IMG/VR virus record: IMGVR_UViG_3300032073_000008
Location: 32,001 to 96,000 of that record
DNA from: a virus
Direction: 5' to 3' (one strand)
Length of the DNA stretch: 64,000 bases
The notes under the pieces were generated by a model that saw only the letters and a program-made list of their open reading frames with translations, had not been told where the DNA came from and ran no database searches. Made by a program: the position numbers and the translations under genes. This document shows, in pieces, positions 63,440 to 64,000 of this stretch. The number at the start of each line of letters is the position of its first letter. Positions within the stretch are counted from its first letter, which is position 1.

Positions 63440-63607
63440 TTAGGTGTTTTTAGATTCTTGTATTTCTTTCCGTCTATCTTTACACAGCTTTGATATTTCT
63501 GCTAAAGCCTTTCTTGCTCTTGTTCCAGCAGACTTATTGCCTTGACTGAATTTTTCATTCTCAGCATTATACAGCTCAAATAAACTAATTAAATTATCAT
63601 GTATCAT
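63440..63607 (-). CDS. 55-aa Hc1 (histone H1-like)-family basic protein
   Basis: Hand translation MIHDNLISLFELYNAENEKFSQGNKSAGTRARKALAEISKLCKDRRKEIQESKNT*; GNK.AG.RARK motif; not in the ORF track. Confidence 0.8.
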   Translation of the reverse strand: MIHDNLISLFELYNAENEKFSQGNKSAGTRARKALAEISKLCKDRRKEIQESKNT

Positions 63608-63617
63608 AAAATAAACC

Positions 63618-63646
63618 TTGACTTATAATTAAAACTCATGTATACT
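63618..63646 (+). promoter_or_regulatory. Plus-strand (antisense) sigma70 promoter
   Basis: TTGACT-N17-TATACT, convergent with the late promoter at 63678-63685. Confidence 0.6.
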
Positions 63647-63677
63647 AGAGATGTTGCTTTCTAAGTATTAGATCATC

Positions 63678-63685
63678 TATTTATA
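63678..63685 (-). promoter_or_regulatory. Late promoter for the baseplate/fibre operon
   Basis: TATAAATA. Confidence 0.85.
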
Positions 63686-63691
63686 ACGCCA

Positions 63692-64000
63692 CTAATCAAT
63701 ATTTTTACTCTTATAATCTTCAATTGCAGCTTTAATTGCATCTTCAGCTAAAACAGAGCAGTGGATCTTTACTGGTGGAAGTGCAAGCTCTTCTGCGATA
63801 TCGCTGTTTTTGATTGTTGTTGCATATTCGAGACTTTTACCTTTGACATATTCTGTAAGGAGACTACTAGAAGCGATAGCAGAACCACAACCATAAGTTT
63901 TAAAACGAGCGTCTTCAATTATTCCTTCTCCATTAACATCTATTTGTAATTGCATTACATCACCGCATGCTGGTGCACCAACCATACCAGTGCCAACACT
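63692..64000 (-). CDS. iscU: Fe-S cluster scaffold IscU, partial (start outside the window)
   Basis: VGTGMVGAPACGDVM, FKTYGCGSAIASSS, LPPVKIHCSVLAEDAIKAA. Confidence 0.96.
   Translation of the reverse strand, partial: SVGTGMVGAPACGDVMQLQIDVNGEGIIEDARFKTYGCGSAIASSSLLTEYVKGKSLEYATTIKNSDIAEELALPPVKIHCSVLAEDAIKAAIEDYKSKNID

Overview
A 64-kb segment of an AT-rich T4-like myovirus genome, probably marine and probably infecting a proteobacterium (judged from IscU and the ferritin-like gene; no photosynthesis genes are present). Essentially all genes are on the minus strand. In transcription order: iscU, an Hc1-like peptide, baseplate (gp25, gp6, gp7, gp8, VrlC-like), tail fibres including a proline-free Gly-X-Lys collagen fibre, an accessory region, neck/tail/head genes gp13-gp23, gp3, uvsY, uvsW, gp55, gp47, gp46, def, a five-gene DNA-modification operon, hsp20 and a CobT/CobS-like pair. 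Three things stand out. (1) A single protein fusing a GT25 (ColGalT-like) domain, a PLOD-type glycosyltransferase and a lysyl-hydroxylase domain, coupled to a methyltransferase and another glycosyltransferase, about 8 kb from a fibre whose collagen triplets are almost all Gly-X-Lys: a candidate phage collagen hydroxylation/glycosylation system. (2) A translationally coupled operon (glutamine amidotransferase, GNAT, amino-acid:DNA transferase, TET/JBP dioxygenase, P-loop kinase) predicting post-replicative base hypermodification, with sliding-clamp-like C-terminal tails. (3) A glnA-type glutamine riboswitch in front of an unannotated 32-aa YRGV peptide downstream of the major capsid gene. All calls come from reading motifs by eye; no searches were run.
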